A stretch of DNA of 64,000 nt from Oscillospiraceae bacterium (lineage in GTDB: Bacteria > Bacillota > Clostridia > Oscillospirales > Ruminococcaceae). Below the pieces are notes generated by a model, which was given only the letters and a program-made list of their open reading frames with translations, searched no databases and was not told the DNA's origin. The first letter of the stretch is position 1. Every line of letters begins with the position of its first letter. Below, one piece after another: positions 28,171 to 37,327 of the stretch. The translations under genes were made by a program, and so were the position numbers. The stretch is taken from NCBI GenBank assembly GCA_045536425.1, contig JAZSNN010000031.1:60203-124202 (forward strand), written 5' to 3'.

Positions 28171-30966
28171 ATGAAAATACAAGCTATAGAGTGTACAAGA
28201 TGTAAGGGTGAACTCAAAGAAAAAGGAAAGTATTGGGAATGTCCTTACTGCGGAGCAAAGTTTTCAGTACAATTAGATGCCGACGGCGATCAAATTATTT
28301 ATAGAAACGATGCTCCCAAAGAGTTGCCGTGTGGACAAGTTGCTGAGAGAGCGACACAAATCAATGTTGATAAAATTACGACAGTAAATATTAAGCCACC
28401 TAAAACTATCGAATCTGATGTGTATCAAAGTAGTGATGATTTGGATTATTACGACAATGTTAACCTGATTGTCACATATCTAAAAAAAGAAAAATGGGAT
28501 ATCGCTCAAGATAACATTTGTAAGCTTCGCAATTTGAACGATCCATGTTCAACAGCTGTTGCGGATTGGTACGGCATGGCCTGGGAACACAAAGTGCATA
28601 ATGACTCTGAATTAGTGCATTCTTTTACCGCCATCACGGACGATGAATTACAAAAACTGTATAATCTCTTGCTAAATGCTATGCCCGATTTCAGAAAACG
28701 AATTTTGGATCTCGTTTTAAATTCGGGTTACGTTGGTGATGAATCGACTAATAAAATTTTGGTAACCACTTTACCATTCTTATTTAGTGAGTTGATTTAT
28801 TCACCCGAAGAAAGAGATGAAAAAATAGAGATAATTTTTGACAAAACAATATCTCTTAAATATGCAGAAACATTTAAATATCTTCTTACACATGCTTTAG
28901 AAAGTCACGAGGTTGATCGCTACATTGGCTATTTGGAACGTTTTGCCGATAATTGTGATCCAGAGTCCTCTCAAGAATATTATTCAATGATTATTTCTGT
29001 GGATCCCGGAAACGCACAAGCACACCACAGTTTAGTCAACGCAGATATAAAAGCTAATTCTTCAGCTCAAAAGTGTATCGATGACTTTGAAAATTTACTT
29101 TTGTATTCTCAAGATCCTATCAAAGACGTTGAGACATTCATAACAGTTTTAATCAACGAACAGACAACGATTGAAGATAAAGCAGAATTTATGTGGGCCT
29201 TGTTAAGCTATCTTCACGAAGATACGGAAACACAGACTGAGGCAATGTCTCTGTATGCTAATTTGCTACTTCAATCGGAGTTGTGGAATAGAGCAAGTGA
29301 ATTTTATAGCGCAGTACTTTCTAGAGATACCAGTAATGCAAAAGTATATTTCAATTTATGTTTGGCTGATATGCAGGCTAAAGATACTAGAGAGTTGATT
29401 GCTAAAGAAGATGACTTCTCTGGTCATCCGTACTATAAAAAAGCTCTTGCTCAGGCATATAAAACCAGTAAGATTTATTCCAAAGAACTTGAAGGGCTCA
29501 TAGATTCTCGCGACAAAAGAATTAAAGACGAACAAGCCAAAAAGAAAAGAATTAGAAATTTCATTTTTGCAGCACTAATTATCGTTGTAATTGGGGGGAT
29601 TATTGCTGGATTCAAGTTGTACAGCAACAACAAAAAATATAATGAAGCTAACATTAGTTTCATTGTAACCAGCAAAGAATACCCTTATGACTCTGTTTAT
29701 CCTTGCTACTTCTTCCTAGATATGAATGTCAAAAACAACAGTTCTTTGGAGATCAACAGAATTGATGGAATTATGCGCTTTTATAACGATGAAGGTAAAC
29801 TCTTATATGAGTCTAACATTTGGCTAACTGGCAACCTAGAACCAAAAAAAGACTACAATTACGAATTAGAAATCGAACAATATGCAACAGAAGAAACCAC
29901 AGAACTTCACAACACTCCTCTATCCAGTCTAAAAATCACTTGGGAGTTAACCAAGGTAACATATGAAAACAACGAGGTCAAAGAATATACCTCGGGCAAA
30001 GAATATGTGATAAATGAAATTGCGGATTCAAACGACAAACAAAACTCTCAAGAAAAACCTCAAGATGATTTAGAAGATAATTCAAACGGGCCTTCAAATG
30101 ATCAGTTTGACGAAGAAACAATCATTTCCCAAGCGGAATCTCTTGCAGCCACAGGCAATTATGACGGAGCATGTGAACTACTTGAAAGAACTGGATATAA
30201 CGATACATATTTATATCAAGCATACAAATATGCAAGTGAAGGAAACTTTGCCGATGCAGTAAAATATGGATTGACAGTTGTTGTTATTCCTCAAGGCATT
30301 GAGACAATTCCAGATAATTGTTTCAAAATTGAATATGGTACAAATGAACTCAAGAAGGTGGTTCTTCCGACATCTATAAAGAGTATTGGAGCCTCTGCCT
30401 TCTATGGATGTACTAAACTCGTCGAGATTGACCTACCGAGCGGGCTAAAAAGCATCGGGAACTATGCCTTTGCTAAATGTAAATCCTTGAAGTCCATTGA
30501 AATACCTAACAGTGTGGAAAACATGGGTTCGAACGTATTTCAAGAGTGCACTAGCCTTCAATCCGCATCAATCCCCGGCAACCTGAATACAGTTCCGTCG
30601 CAAACATTTATGGATTGCTCAAGTTTGACAACGATAACTCTACAGAACGGTATAGAGATTCTTGATAGCGGTACATTTTCGGGATGCACCAACCTTGTTA
30701 ATATCACATTGCCTGATTCTTTAGTTTCTATTGAGAGTAATGCGTTTTATAAGTGTTCTAGTCTCGTTGAAATCACAATACCAGCCAAGGTCAACTTAAT
30801 TAGATATTCTGCTTTTTCTAGTTGTTCTTCCCTGCTAAAAGTATATTTTGCAAATCAAGAGGGTTGGCAATATGAATATGGCGGTTCAAAGATTAATGTA
30901 ACTAACGCTCAAGAGAACGCAAAAGAATTAAGAAGTGTTACATCAAACACAATAGAACGAAAATAA
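28171..30966 (+). CDS. transmembrane protein: N-terminal zinc ribbon plus helical TPR-like cytoplasmic domain, one TM helix, extracellular BspA-type leucine-rich repeats
   Basis: 931 aa. The N-terminal zinc ribbon is CTRCKG...ECPYCGAKF. The single TM helix is IFAALIIVVIGGIIAGFKLY, at ~residues 462-482. About 8 tandem ~23-aa repeats follow (xIPxSVxxIGxxAFxxCxxLxxIxxP), a pattern typical of BspA-like LRRs. GAGGAGG RBS. Confidence 0.7.
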   Translation: MKIQAIECTRCKGELKEKGKYWECPYCGAKFSVQLDADGDQIIYRNDAPKELPCGQVAERATQINVDKITTVNIKPPKTIESDVYQSSDDLDYYDNVNLIVTYLKKEKWDIAQDNICKLRNLNDPCSTAVADWYGMAWEHKVHNDSELVHSFTAITDDELQKLYNLLLNAMPDFRKRILDLVLNSGYVGDESTNKILVTTLPFLFSELIYSPEERDEKIEIIFDKTISLKYAETFKYLLTHALESHEVDRYIGYLERFADNCDPESSQEYYSMIISVDPGNAQAHHSLVNADIKANSSAQKCIDDFENLLLYSQDPIKDVETFITVLINEQTTIEDKAEFMWALLSYLHEDTETQTEAMSLYANLLLQSELWNRASEFYSAVLSRDTSNAKVYFNLCLADMQAKDTRELIAKEDDFSGHPYYKKALAQAYKTSKIYSKELEGLIDSRDKRIKDEQAKKKRIRNFIFAALIIVVIGGIIAGFKLYSNNKKYNEANISFIVTSKEYPYDSVYPCYFFLDMNVKNNSSLEINRIDGIMRFYNDEGKLLYESNIWLTGNLEPKKDYNYELEIEQYATEETTELHNTPLSSLKITWELTKVTYENNEVKEYTSGKEYVINEIADSNDKQNSQEKPQDDLEDNSNGPSNDQFDEETIISQAESLAATGNYDGACELLERTGYNDTYLYQAYKYASEGNFADAVKYGLTVVVIPQGIETIPDNCFKIEYGTNELKKVVLPTSIKSIGASAFYGCTKLVEIDLPSGLKSIGNYAFAKCKSLKSIEIPNSVENMGSNVFQECTSLQSASIPGNLNTVPSQTFMDCSSLTTITLQNGIEILDSGTFSGCTNLVNITLPDSLVSIESNAFYKCSSLVEITIPAKVNLIRYSAFSSCSSLLKVYFANQEGWQYEYGGSKINVTNAQENAKELRSVTSNTIERK

Positions 30967-31003
30967 AACTGAATTCAAACGCATAATGTAAAGGGGTTTT
31001 AAT

Positions 31004-32998
31004 ATGGCAAAATACATTATAGAATGTCCACGTTGTGGTAAACCAATTGAAGCTAGTACAGGACTATTTGCGAAAAAAGAAATTGTTTGTCCTGAATGTA
31101 AAAGAAAAATTGATCTTGCTATGGAGAAAATGGTAGAAGAAACTTGTCCTCGTTGCGGAGGTAGAGTTGTATACGACCGCACAAAACCTTCTTCTGCAAT
31201 TTGCCCTACTTGCCATACAAATATTAAGTCTGGCAAGCAAGAGGAAATAACTTGTCCTTCTTGCCAAATGCACTTGAATGTTGATACAAACGCAAAAACA
31301 TGCACTTGCCCTCAATGTAAAACAGAAATTGATGTACAGGCTAGATTGGCGCAAAAAGAAAGTGGCAAAACCGCACAAGTAATTAAATGGGATGGCGAAA
31401 ACGGAGTGTTTATTTATCGTCATCCGATGGAGAACTTCAAACTCGGTTCTCAACTAATTGTTAAAGAGAGCCAAAAAGCCGTATTTTTCCGCAACGGTAA
31501 AGCTTTGGATGTTTTTGGTCCTGACAGATATACTCTTGAAACTCAAAATCTACCTTTGATGGAAGAAATCCTAAAATATCCCACTAATGCAGATTTGACA
31601 TTCAGCTCTCAGGTATACTTCATTAGGACTGATGGACCAATATCAGTTAATTGGGGCATTCCAAAAATGAAATTGCGAAACCCGGGTATGGATTTCTATG
31701 TTGATGTAAGTGCACGCGGTTCGGCTTTTATGCAGATTAAAGATGGAAACGAAAACGTTAGAAAGTTCCTTTCAAAGGTAATAGGTACAGCCACAACTAA
31801 TGGTGTAATAGAGAAGTATGATTCAGAGTATATAACAAATAAATTCCGTGATTATATTACAGCTCGTTTGGGATCGTTACTTGCAGAAATTATCACCTCA
31901 AGCAATATCAATGTCTTAGATCTTGCATCCAAAAGGGCCACTATCAGTGATATGCTGGTCAAGGACTACAACGAATTGTTAGAGGAATACGGCTTAGAGA
32001 TTCCTCCCAAACAATTTATGGTAACAAGCATAGATCCTGTTATTACCCCTGAAGTTGAAACTTGGATTCGCCAAGAGTCTGAAAAGGTGCTCAAAGTTCG
32101 ACAAGAGGGTGTCCTCAAGGCCGAAGCTGAAGCTCGTCAAGGAAGAGTTCTTGTTGAAGAGCAAACCGAAGTTCAAAAGAAAATCCTTAGGACTCAAGGT
32201 GAAGGCGAAGAACGCAAAATCTCTGCAATGGCTGATGCTGATGTTACTCGTATTGAGGCACAAGGTGCGGCTGATGCTACTATTATTTCAACGAAAGCTA
32301 ATGCGGAATCTACCATTATATCTAGTCAGGCAGAAGCGGAAGCGACAATTGTTACCGGACGTGCTGAAGCAGAAACTACTAGACTTACCGGTCAAGCATC
32401 AGCTGAAGCATATAGAGCACAAGCTATCGCAGAGGCTGATGAAATGCACGCCAAGGGTTATACATATGCACAAGAAACCTCTCGCCAAATTGGTTTGGAA
32501 GCATTGCAGAATGGTTTGCCCGGAACCGGTGTGAATATTTCTTCCTCTTCCGAAAAAGGTGGTTCTGGACTTACAGACACACTCGGTGATATGATTGGAC
32601 TTGGTGTTGGTTTGAGCGCAATGGGCGGCGTTGTAAATATGACAAAGGATATTGTGAGTCCTATCATAGGCCAAATCTCTGATATTGGCAAACAACCGAT
32701 AGAAACCCCAGTTGCTACTATGCCTCAAACGAATTTGGTCAGTGCGTGGAATTGTGCTTGTGGCAAATCATGCATCACATCAAAATTCTGTCCAGAATGT
32801 GGTTCTCCCAAGCCGGTAACTTTGGATAACGGCGTTTGGAATTGCACCTGTGGTCAGAGTGGAATCACTTCTAATTTCTGTCCTAATTGTGGTGCTCGTA
32901 AGCCTATAAGCAATACAAATTGGAATTGCCACAACTGCGGACAAACTGACATTACAAGCAATTTCTGTCCTAACTGTGGCAGTAAGAAAGGTGAATGA
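31004..32998 (+). CDS. SPFH/band-7 domain protein flanked by three N-terminal and three C-terminal zinc ribbons
   Basis: 664 aa. There are six N-terminal CxxC pairs. The central region fits SPFH (VIKWDGENGVFIYRHP...KESQKAVFFRNGKALDVFGPDRYTL). An Ala/Glu-rich coiled coil follows (QGAADATIISTKANAESTIISSQAEAEATIVTGRAEAE), then a Gly-rich linker. The C-terminus has three WNCxCGxxxITSxFCPxCG double-zinc-ribbon repeats. Confidence 0.7.
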   Translation: MAKYIIECPRCGKPIEASTGLFAKKEIVCPECKRKIDLAMEKMVEETCPRCGGRVVYDRTKPSSAICPTCHTNIKSGKQEEITCPSCQMHLNVDTNAKTCTCPQCKTEIDVQARLAQKESGKTAQVIKWDGENGVFIYRHPMENFKLGSQLIVKESQKAVFFRNGKALDVFGPDRYTLETQNLPLMEEILKYPTNADLTFSSQVYFIRTDGPISVNWGIPKMKLRNPGMDFYVDVSARGSAFMQIKDGNENVRKFLSKVIGTATTNGVIEKYDSEYITNKFRDYITARLGSLLAEIITSSNINVLDLASKRATISDMLVKDYNELLEEYGLEIPPKQFMVTSIDPVITPEVETWIRQESEKVLKVRQEGVLKAEAEARQGRVLVEEQTEVQKKILRTQGEGEERKISAMADADVTRIEAQGAADATIISTKANAESTIISSQAEAEATIVTGRAEAETTRLTGQASAEAYRAQAIAEADEMHAKGYTYAQETSRQIGLEALQNGLPGTGVNISSSSEKGGSGLTDTLGDMIGLGVGLSAMGGVVNMTKDIVSPIIGQISDIGKQPIETPVATMPQTNLVSAWNCACGKSCITSKFCPECGSPKPVTLDNGVWNCTCGQSGITSNFCPNCGARKPISNTNWNCHNCGQTDITSNFCPNCGSKKGE

Positions 32999-33714
32999 AT
33001 ATGAAGCTAACAAAACGTAAAAAATCGGTGATAATAATTTATTCAATCGCCACCATAGTATTTCTTATCCTGACAATAGGCATTCCTTTTGCCAAACCTG
33101 CTGCCTCTTGGATGATGTTTGCTTTTTCCATTGTGTCATTAACAGGTGGATGTGGTATTACCTTATTTGCTTTTAGTAAATCAGAAGAATTAAAGAGCAA
33201 ATTTTACGGATATCCTGTTTTTAGAATAGGAAGCCTTTACACAATTATTCAACTAGCATTAACAGTTTTGATATACATCATTGGTGCTTTTGTAAACATT
33301 CCGTACTGGGTTGGTTTAGCAATATCTGTTTTACTTATGGGACTGGCTTCCATCGGAGTAATCACAACAGATACCGCAAGGGATTATGTTGAGGAAATAG
33401 ATACAAAAACCACAGCAACGGTTAAAACGTTGACAAGATTCAATGTGGATATCTCTGATTTGGTAGACGTTTGTAAATACGATTCTGCCAAAAGCTCCCT
33501 GAAAAAGTTGGCTGAGAAGTTTAAATATAGTGACCAGGTTTCATCTTCTGCGACGGAAGAAAAAGAGGCACTTATTATGGAGGAACTGAATAACTTAAGA
33601 GAAATCATAACTAGAAATGATGCAGAAAAAATCATCGAACAGGTTGAGGCGGTTTCTAATCTGCTTAATAGCCGAAACCGCATTTGCGAATCGGCCAAAT
33701 CAACAAACAGATAA
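32995..33714 (+). CDS. membrane protein (4 predicted TM helices) with cytoplasmic coiled-coil tail
   Basis: 239 aa; the start ATG overlaps the previous stop (ATGA), indicating translational coupling. Confidence 0.55.
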   Translation: MNMKLTKRKKSVIIIYSIATIVFLILTIGIPFAKPAASWMMFAFSIVSLTGGCGITLFAFSKSEELKSKFYGYPVFRIGSLYTIIQLALTVLIYIIGAFVNIPYWVGLAISVLLMGLASIGVITTDTARDYVEEIDTKTTATVKTLTRFNVDISDLVDVCKYDSAKSSLKKLAEKFKYSDQVSSSATEEKEALIMEELNNLREIITRNDAEKIIEQVEAVSNLLNSRNRICESAKSTNR

Positions 33715-33769
33715 TGTTGTTTAATATTGACTTAGTCAATAATTTATAAAAAAGAAAGAGGTAATTATT

Positions 33770-34537
33770 ATGAGTAGTTCAGTAGAAATTAGGTGGTTGA
33801 GAGCCACTATGAACAGTGTCAACGGCGCAGGAGTTGAACATTGGTACTTCAATGCTACCGATAAGGAAATTAAGTACTTAACTTTTGTTTATGTTCCGTA
33901 CAATCAGGTTGGTGATCAGGTTCAATGCACAATGTCCAGGAAAAGCGAGGTTTCATGCAAATTAACAGGTCCTATTAAACCTTATCACGAAAACAATGTG
34001 AAATGGGAAGCTTTGTGGTATAACCCCACTGTAACGAAGATTGAATTAGTTCAGATTCATATTGACTATATGGATGGTTCTGAAGAAACCATCGATGGTG
34101 CAGATGTTGTAGATATGTCTGATAAACAAAGTGTGTATTATGAAAAAGTTGAAAAACCTGCAGAGGAAGAACGAGCTGAAAGAGAAAAACAATTGGCTAT
34201 TCAGCTTGCTGAAAGTGAAAAGAAGGCGGCAGAAAAAAAGGCAATTGATGATAGAAATAATGAATTAGCAACGGCATATTTGTGTTTCAAGGTGTTCAGC
34301 TGCTTTAAGAAAATGAAAGACGATGACGAAATGAAATTCCATGTTAATCAAGGTTTGTGGCTTTTCATATTTGAAGTTATTGGGATTATCTGTGCTATCA
34401 TAAGCGGTTTTGCTACTCTTCTTTCCCTTGTTTTTGAAGGACTAGCTATATTCCTTTCTATTAAAGGATTTAAAGAAACTAGAGAAGGCAAACGTTTTGA
34501 AATTCCTCTCATCAGCAAAATCAAATTAATCAAATAA
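33770..34537 (+). CDS. protein with N-terminal soluble domain, charged coiled coil and C-terminal TM hairpin
   Basis: 255 aa with AGAGG RBS. The coiled coil is EEERAEREKQLAIQLAESEKKAAEKKAIDD. Hydrophobic helices are GLWLFIFEVIGIICAIISGFATLLSLVFEGLAIFL. Confidence 0.55.
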   Translation: MSSSVEIRWLRATMNSVNGAGVEHWYFNATDKEIKYLTFVYVPYNQVGDQVQCTMSRKSEVSCKLTGPIKPYHENNVKWEALWYNPTVTKIELVQIHIDYMDGSEETIDGADVVDMSDKQSVYYEKVEKPAEEERAEREKQLAIQLAESEKKAAEKKAIDDRNNELATAYLCFKVFSCFKKMKDDDEMKFHVNQGLWLFIFEVIGIICAIISGFATLLSLVFEGLAIFLSIKGFKETREGKRFEIPLISKIKLIK

Positions 34538-34651
34538 AAATTGGTCTGATTTTGTAGGGTTTTGGATATAAAAGTATTAATATAAATCAAAGCCCTGAAT
34601 ACGAAAAGTTATTGAAATGATTCAAGTCACTTGTAAAGTAATACATAGTAA

Positions 34652-34688
34652 TCCGGCACATAGAAAATTCTATGTGCCGGATTTTTTG
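34652..34688. terminator. strong intrinsic terminator ending the four-gene operon
   Basis: CCGGCACATAG-aaaatt-CTATGTGCCGG perfect stem followed by ATTTTTTG. Confidence 0.65.
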
Positions 34689-34812
34689 TATAACGAAAAG
34701 ATAGCCTACGCAATTGCGCGGGCTATAATCATAATTTCGTTTGTAATTTTAAATTATACTCATCAATTCACAACCTGCTACTGTGTATCTATACAAATAA
34801 CCGTCGTTCAAA

Positions 34813-35151
34813 TTATTCACCTATTCTATCGATAGCATCCTTAATTTCCTCTATATTGGCGTCACGAGTCAAAAAATATTTATTCAAACCATTTACTACT
34901 GAAACAATCTCTTGATAGTAGCAGTGAAGTGGTGTATCATCCAAATCGCTAACCCACCAGCCAAAATCGTGCATTTCAAGAAGCAACCCTGCCAACTCTT
35001 TGGGTACGAGTTTTTCTTTGCTATATTCTTCAATAATTTCACAAGTGTCTTTAAACAAAGCACGGACTTTCTCAAAACCCAGATTGTTGAATTCAATTAC
35101 ATCCCACGTTGCCTTGTGCCAATCGTTAGATATCATTTCTATTCTTCCCAT
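34813..35151 (-). CDS. hypothetical small cytoplasmic protein
   Basis: 112-aa ORF between the integrase gene and the operon terminator; acidic, no motif recognised. Confidence 0.4.
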   Translation of the reverse strand: MGRIEMISNDWHKATWDVIEFNNLGFEKVRALFKDTCEIIEEYSKEKLVPKELAGLLLEMHDFGWWVSDLDDTPLHCYYQEIVSVVNGLNKYFLTRDANIEEIKDAIDRIGE

Positions 35152-35222
35152 ATATAACCTCCCGACAATTTTAGACTAATTAAATTATAACACATAATCT
35201 TTAAAAAGGTTATACTTTAAGA

Positions 35223-36161
35223 CTAACTTTTCAATGAAATGTGCTTCCTGCCGTGGAACTTATCTAACACATTTATTTCATCAACCTGTTTTGCCACATC
35301 ACTGACTAAGAGGTTAATATAATTCTGTGTTATATCTAAGCTTGAATGACCTAACAGTTTTGAGAGTGACACGACGTTGCCTCCACTCAGAATCCATTGT
35401 TTCGCAAACGTATGTCTATACCTGTGTATTCCTGTTGTCTCTACGCCGCGCTTTTTATTATACTCATAGAGCTTATGATAGCAGGTACTTTTAATCAGTT
35501 GTTGACCAAACACATTGCAAAACAGATAGTCATCATCAGACTTATGCTGTCGATATTTTAAATATTCGGTCAAGATATTGACCATTGTTTGATTAAGTGG
35601 AACGATCAACGGTTTTCTATTTTTAGTCACATTCACATAGACGACGCTGTTATCAAAATCAATATCCTTGACTTTTATGTGCATCAGGCTTCTTTGTCTC
35701 ACAGCAGTTGAAAACAAGAAGTTAGTCATAACCCAGCACTGATATTCAGTGAAAGAGCATTTCTTTAAATCGGGCTTCTTAAGCAATAACCTCAGTTCCT
35801 GCTCGTCATACGTTTCTACGTGGGATTTATCGACCTTTATTGACTTCATTTTAAAAGGCTCAATATAGCCCTCATTCATAAGAAAATGCAATGTGGTTAT
35901 CAAATCTCGCAGGTATGAGTTAATACTGACATCATTGTTAAGCGTTGCCTTCAAGTGCAAGACATATCTGTTATATTCATTTTCGTTGAGTCTTTCTATT
36001 GGCATTTCAGGATCAAAGAACTTGAAAAACTGTGTATAGCTTTGGCGATAATGGTTGATAGTTCCTTGTCTTAAATTACGCTGTCGGCAATACTCCAGAT
36101 ACCTATCACACCCCTCTTCAAAAGTAATAGATTTTGTTGCTTTCATTTTCAGTTTGTGCAT
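35223..36161 (-). CDS. tyrosine-type site-specific integrase
   Basis: Conserved R...HxxR...Y catalytic signature (HRYRHTFA ... LGHSSLDITQNY) with an N-terminal SAM-like core-binding domain. Start chosen at MHKLKMKATK with a GTGAGG RBS 9 nt upstream. The gene abuts the right att repeat. Confidence 0.85.
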   Translation of the reverse strand: MHKLKMKATKSITFEEGCDRYLEYCRQRNLRQGTINHYRQSYTQFFKFFDPEMPIERLNENEYNRYVLHLKATLNNDVSINSYLRDLITTLHFLMNEGYIEPFKMKSIKVDKSHVETYDEQELRLLLKKPDLKKCSFTEYQCWVMTNFLFSTAVRQRSLMHIKVKDIDFDNSVVYVNVTKNRKPLIVPLNQTMVNILTEYLKYRQHKSDDDYLFCNVFGQQLIKSTCYHKLYEYNKKRGVETTGIHRYRHTFAKQWILSGGNVVSLSKLLGHSSLDITQNYINLLVSDVAKQVDEINVLDKFHGRKHISLKS

Positions 36162-36306
36162 TGTAACATACCTCACTTTTAACATAAAAAATATAGACAC
36201 ATCATCAAAGAAAACTCTAAAATGATGTGTCTAACTTTTTATTTATTGGTTTTTGTAACAGGTCTTTTACAAGTTGCCCAAAAGCTTTAAAAAGCCTTAT
36301 AAATCC

Positions 36307-37314
36307 TTATTTATTAAGTGCTTCGTTTACTGCAACTGCACATGCAACTGTCATACCAACCATGGGGTTGTTACCTGCGCCGATGAGACCCATCATCTCA
36401 ACGTGTGCGGGAACGGAAGAGGAACCTGCAAACTGTGCATCGGAGTGCATTCTTCCCATTGTATCGGTCATACCGTAGGAAGCGGGGCCTGCAGCCATAT
36501 TGTCAGGATGGAGAGTTCTTCCTGTGCCGCCACCGGAAGCAACGGAGAAGTACTTCTTGCCCTGCTCAACACACTCTTTCTTGTATGTGCCTGCAACGGG
36601 GTGCTGGAAGCGTGTGGGGTTGGTGGAGTTACCTGTGATGGAAACGTCAACGCCCTCTTTGTGCATGATAGCAACGCCCTCACGAACGTCGTCTGCACCG
36701 TAGCAACGAACCTTTGCACGCTCACCGTCGGAGTATGCTGTTTCTTTTACTATCTCAAGCTTGCCTGTGTAGTAGTCAAATTTTGTCTGCACATAGGTGA
36801 AGCCGTTGATTCTGGAGATAATCTGTGCGGCATCCTTACCGAGACCGTTGAGGATAACGCGGAGGGGCTCTTTACGAGCTTTATTAGCACTTCTTGCAAG
36901 ACCGATAGCGCCTTCAGCAGCTGCGAAGGACTCGTGACCTGCGAGGAATGCGAAGCACTTTGTCTCATCTCTGAGAAGCATTGCGCCGAGGTTACCGTGG
37001 CCGGTACCAACCTTACGGTCGTCAGCAACGGAGCCGGGGATACAGAAGGACTGGAGTCCGAGGCCTATCTTCTCTGCAGCCTCTGCAGCGGATTTAACCT
37101 GATCCTTGATAGCGATAGCGCAGCCTACTACATAAGCCCAGCCAGCGTTCTCGAAGCAGATAGGCTGAATACCTTTAACGATATTATAAGCATCAACACC
37201 TGCTTTATCGCAGATTTCCTTAGCTTCCTCAATGGAGGAAATGCCGTGTTTATTAAGTTCTGCGTTGATTTGGTCTATTCTTCTTTCATAACTTTCAAAC
37301 AAAGCCATTGTCAA
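36307..37314 (-). CDS. GGGtGRT-family protein
   Basis: 335 aa containing the eponymous SGGGTGRTLHP motif and a Gly/Ala-rich C-terminus. Confidence 0.7.
   Translation of the reverse strand: MTMALFESYERRIDQINAELNKHGISSIEEAKEICDKAGVDAYNIVKGIQPICFENAGWAYVVGCAIAIKDQVKSAAEAAEKIGLGLQSFCIPGSVADDRKVGTGHGNLGAMLLRDETKCFAFLAGHESFAAAEGAIGLARSANKARKEPLRVILNGLGKDAAQIISRINGFTYVQTKFDYYTGKLEIVKETAYSDGERAKVRCYGADDVREGVAIMHKEGVDVSITGNSTNPTRFQHPVAGTYKKECVEQGKKYFSVASGGGTGRTLHPDNMAAGPASYGMTDTMGRMHSDAQFAGSSSVPAHVEMMGLIGAGNNPMVGMTVACAVAVNEALNK
36309..36403. repeat. right direct repeat (attR-like) forming the current 3' end of the GGGtGRT-family gene
   Basis: The repeat starts exactly at the stop codon of the gene at 36307..37314 and is contiguous with the remainder of the gene. 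Confidence 0.75.
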
Positions 37315-37327
37315 AATCCTCCTTCAA

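Larger units (their letters stand above)
19661..36403. mobile_element. ~16.7-kb AT-rich integrative island inserted into the 3' end of a GGGtGRT-family gene
   Basis: The 95-bp imperfect direct repeats are at the ends. The tyrosine integrase gene lies adjacent to the right repeat. An internal serine recombinase, RepA_N-like gene with iterons and XRE regulator are present. GC content is visibly lower than in both flanks. Cargo genes have no recognisable housekeeping function. Confidence 0.75.
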
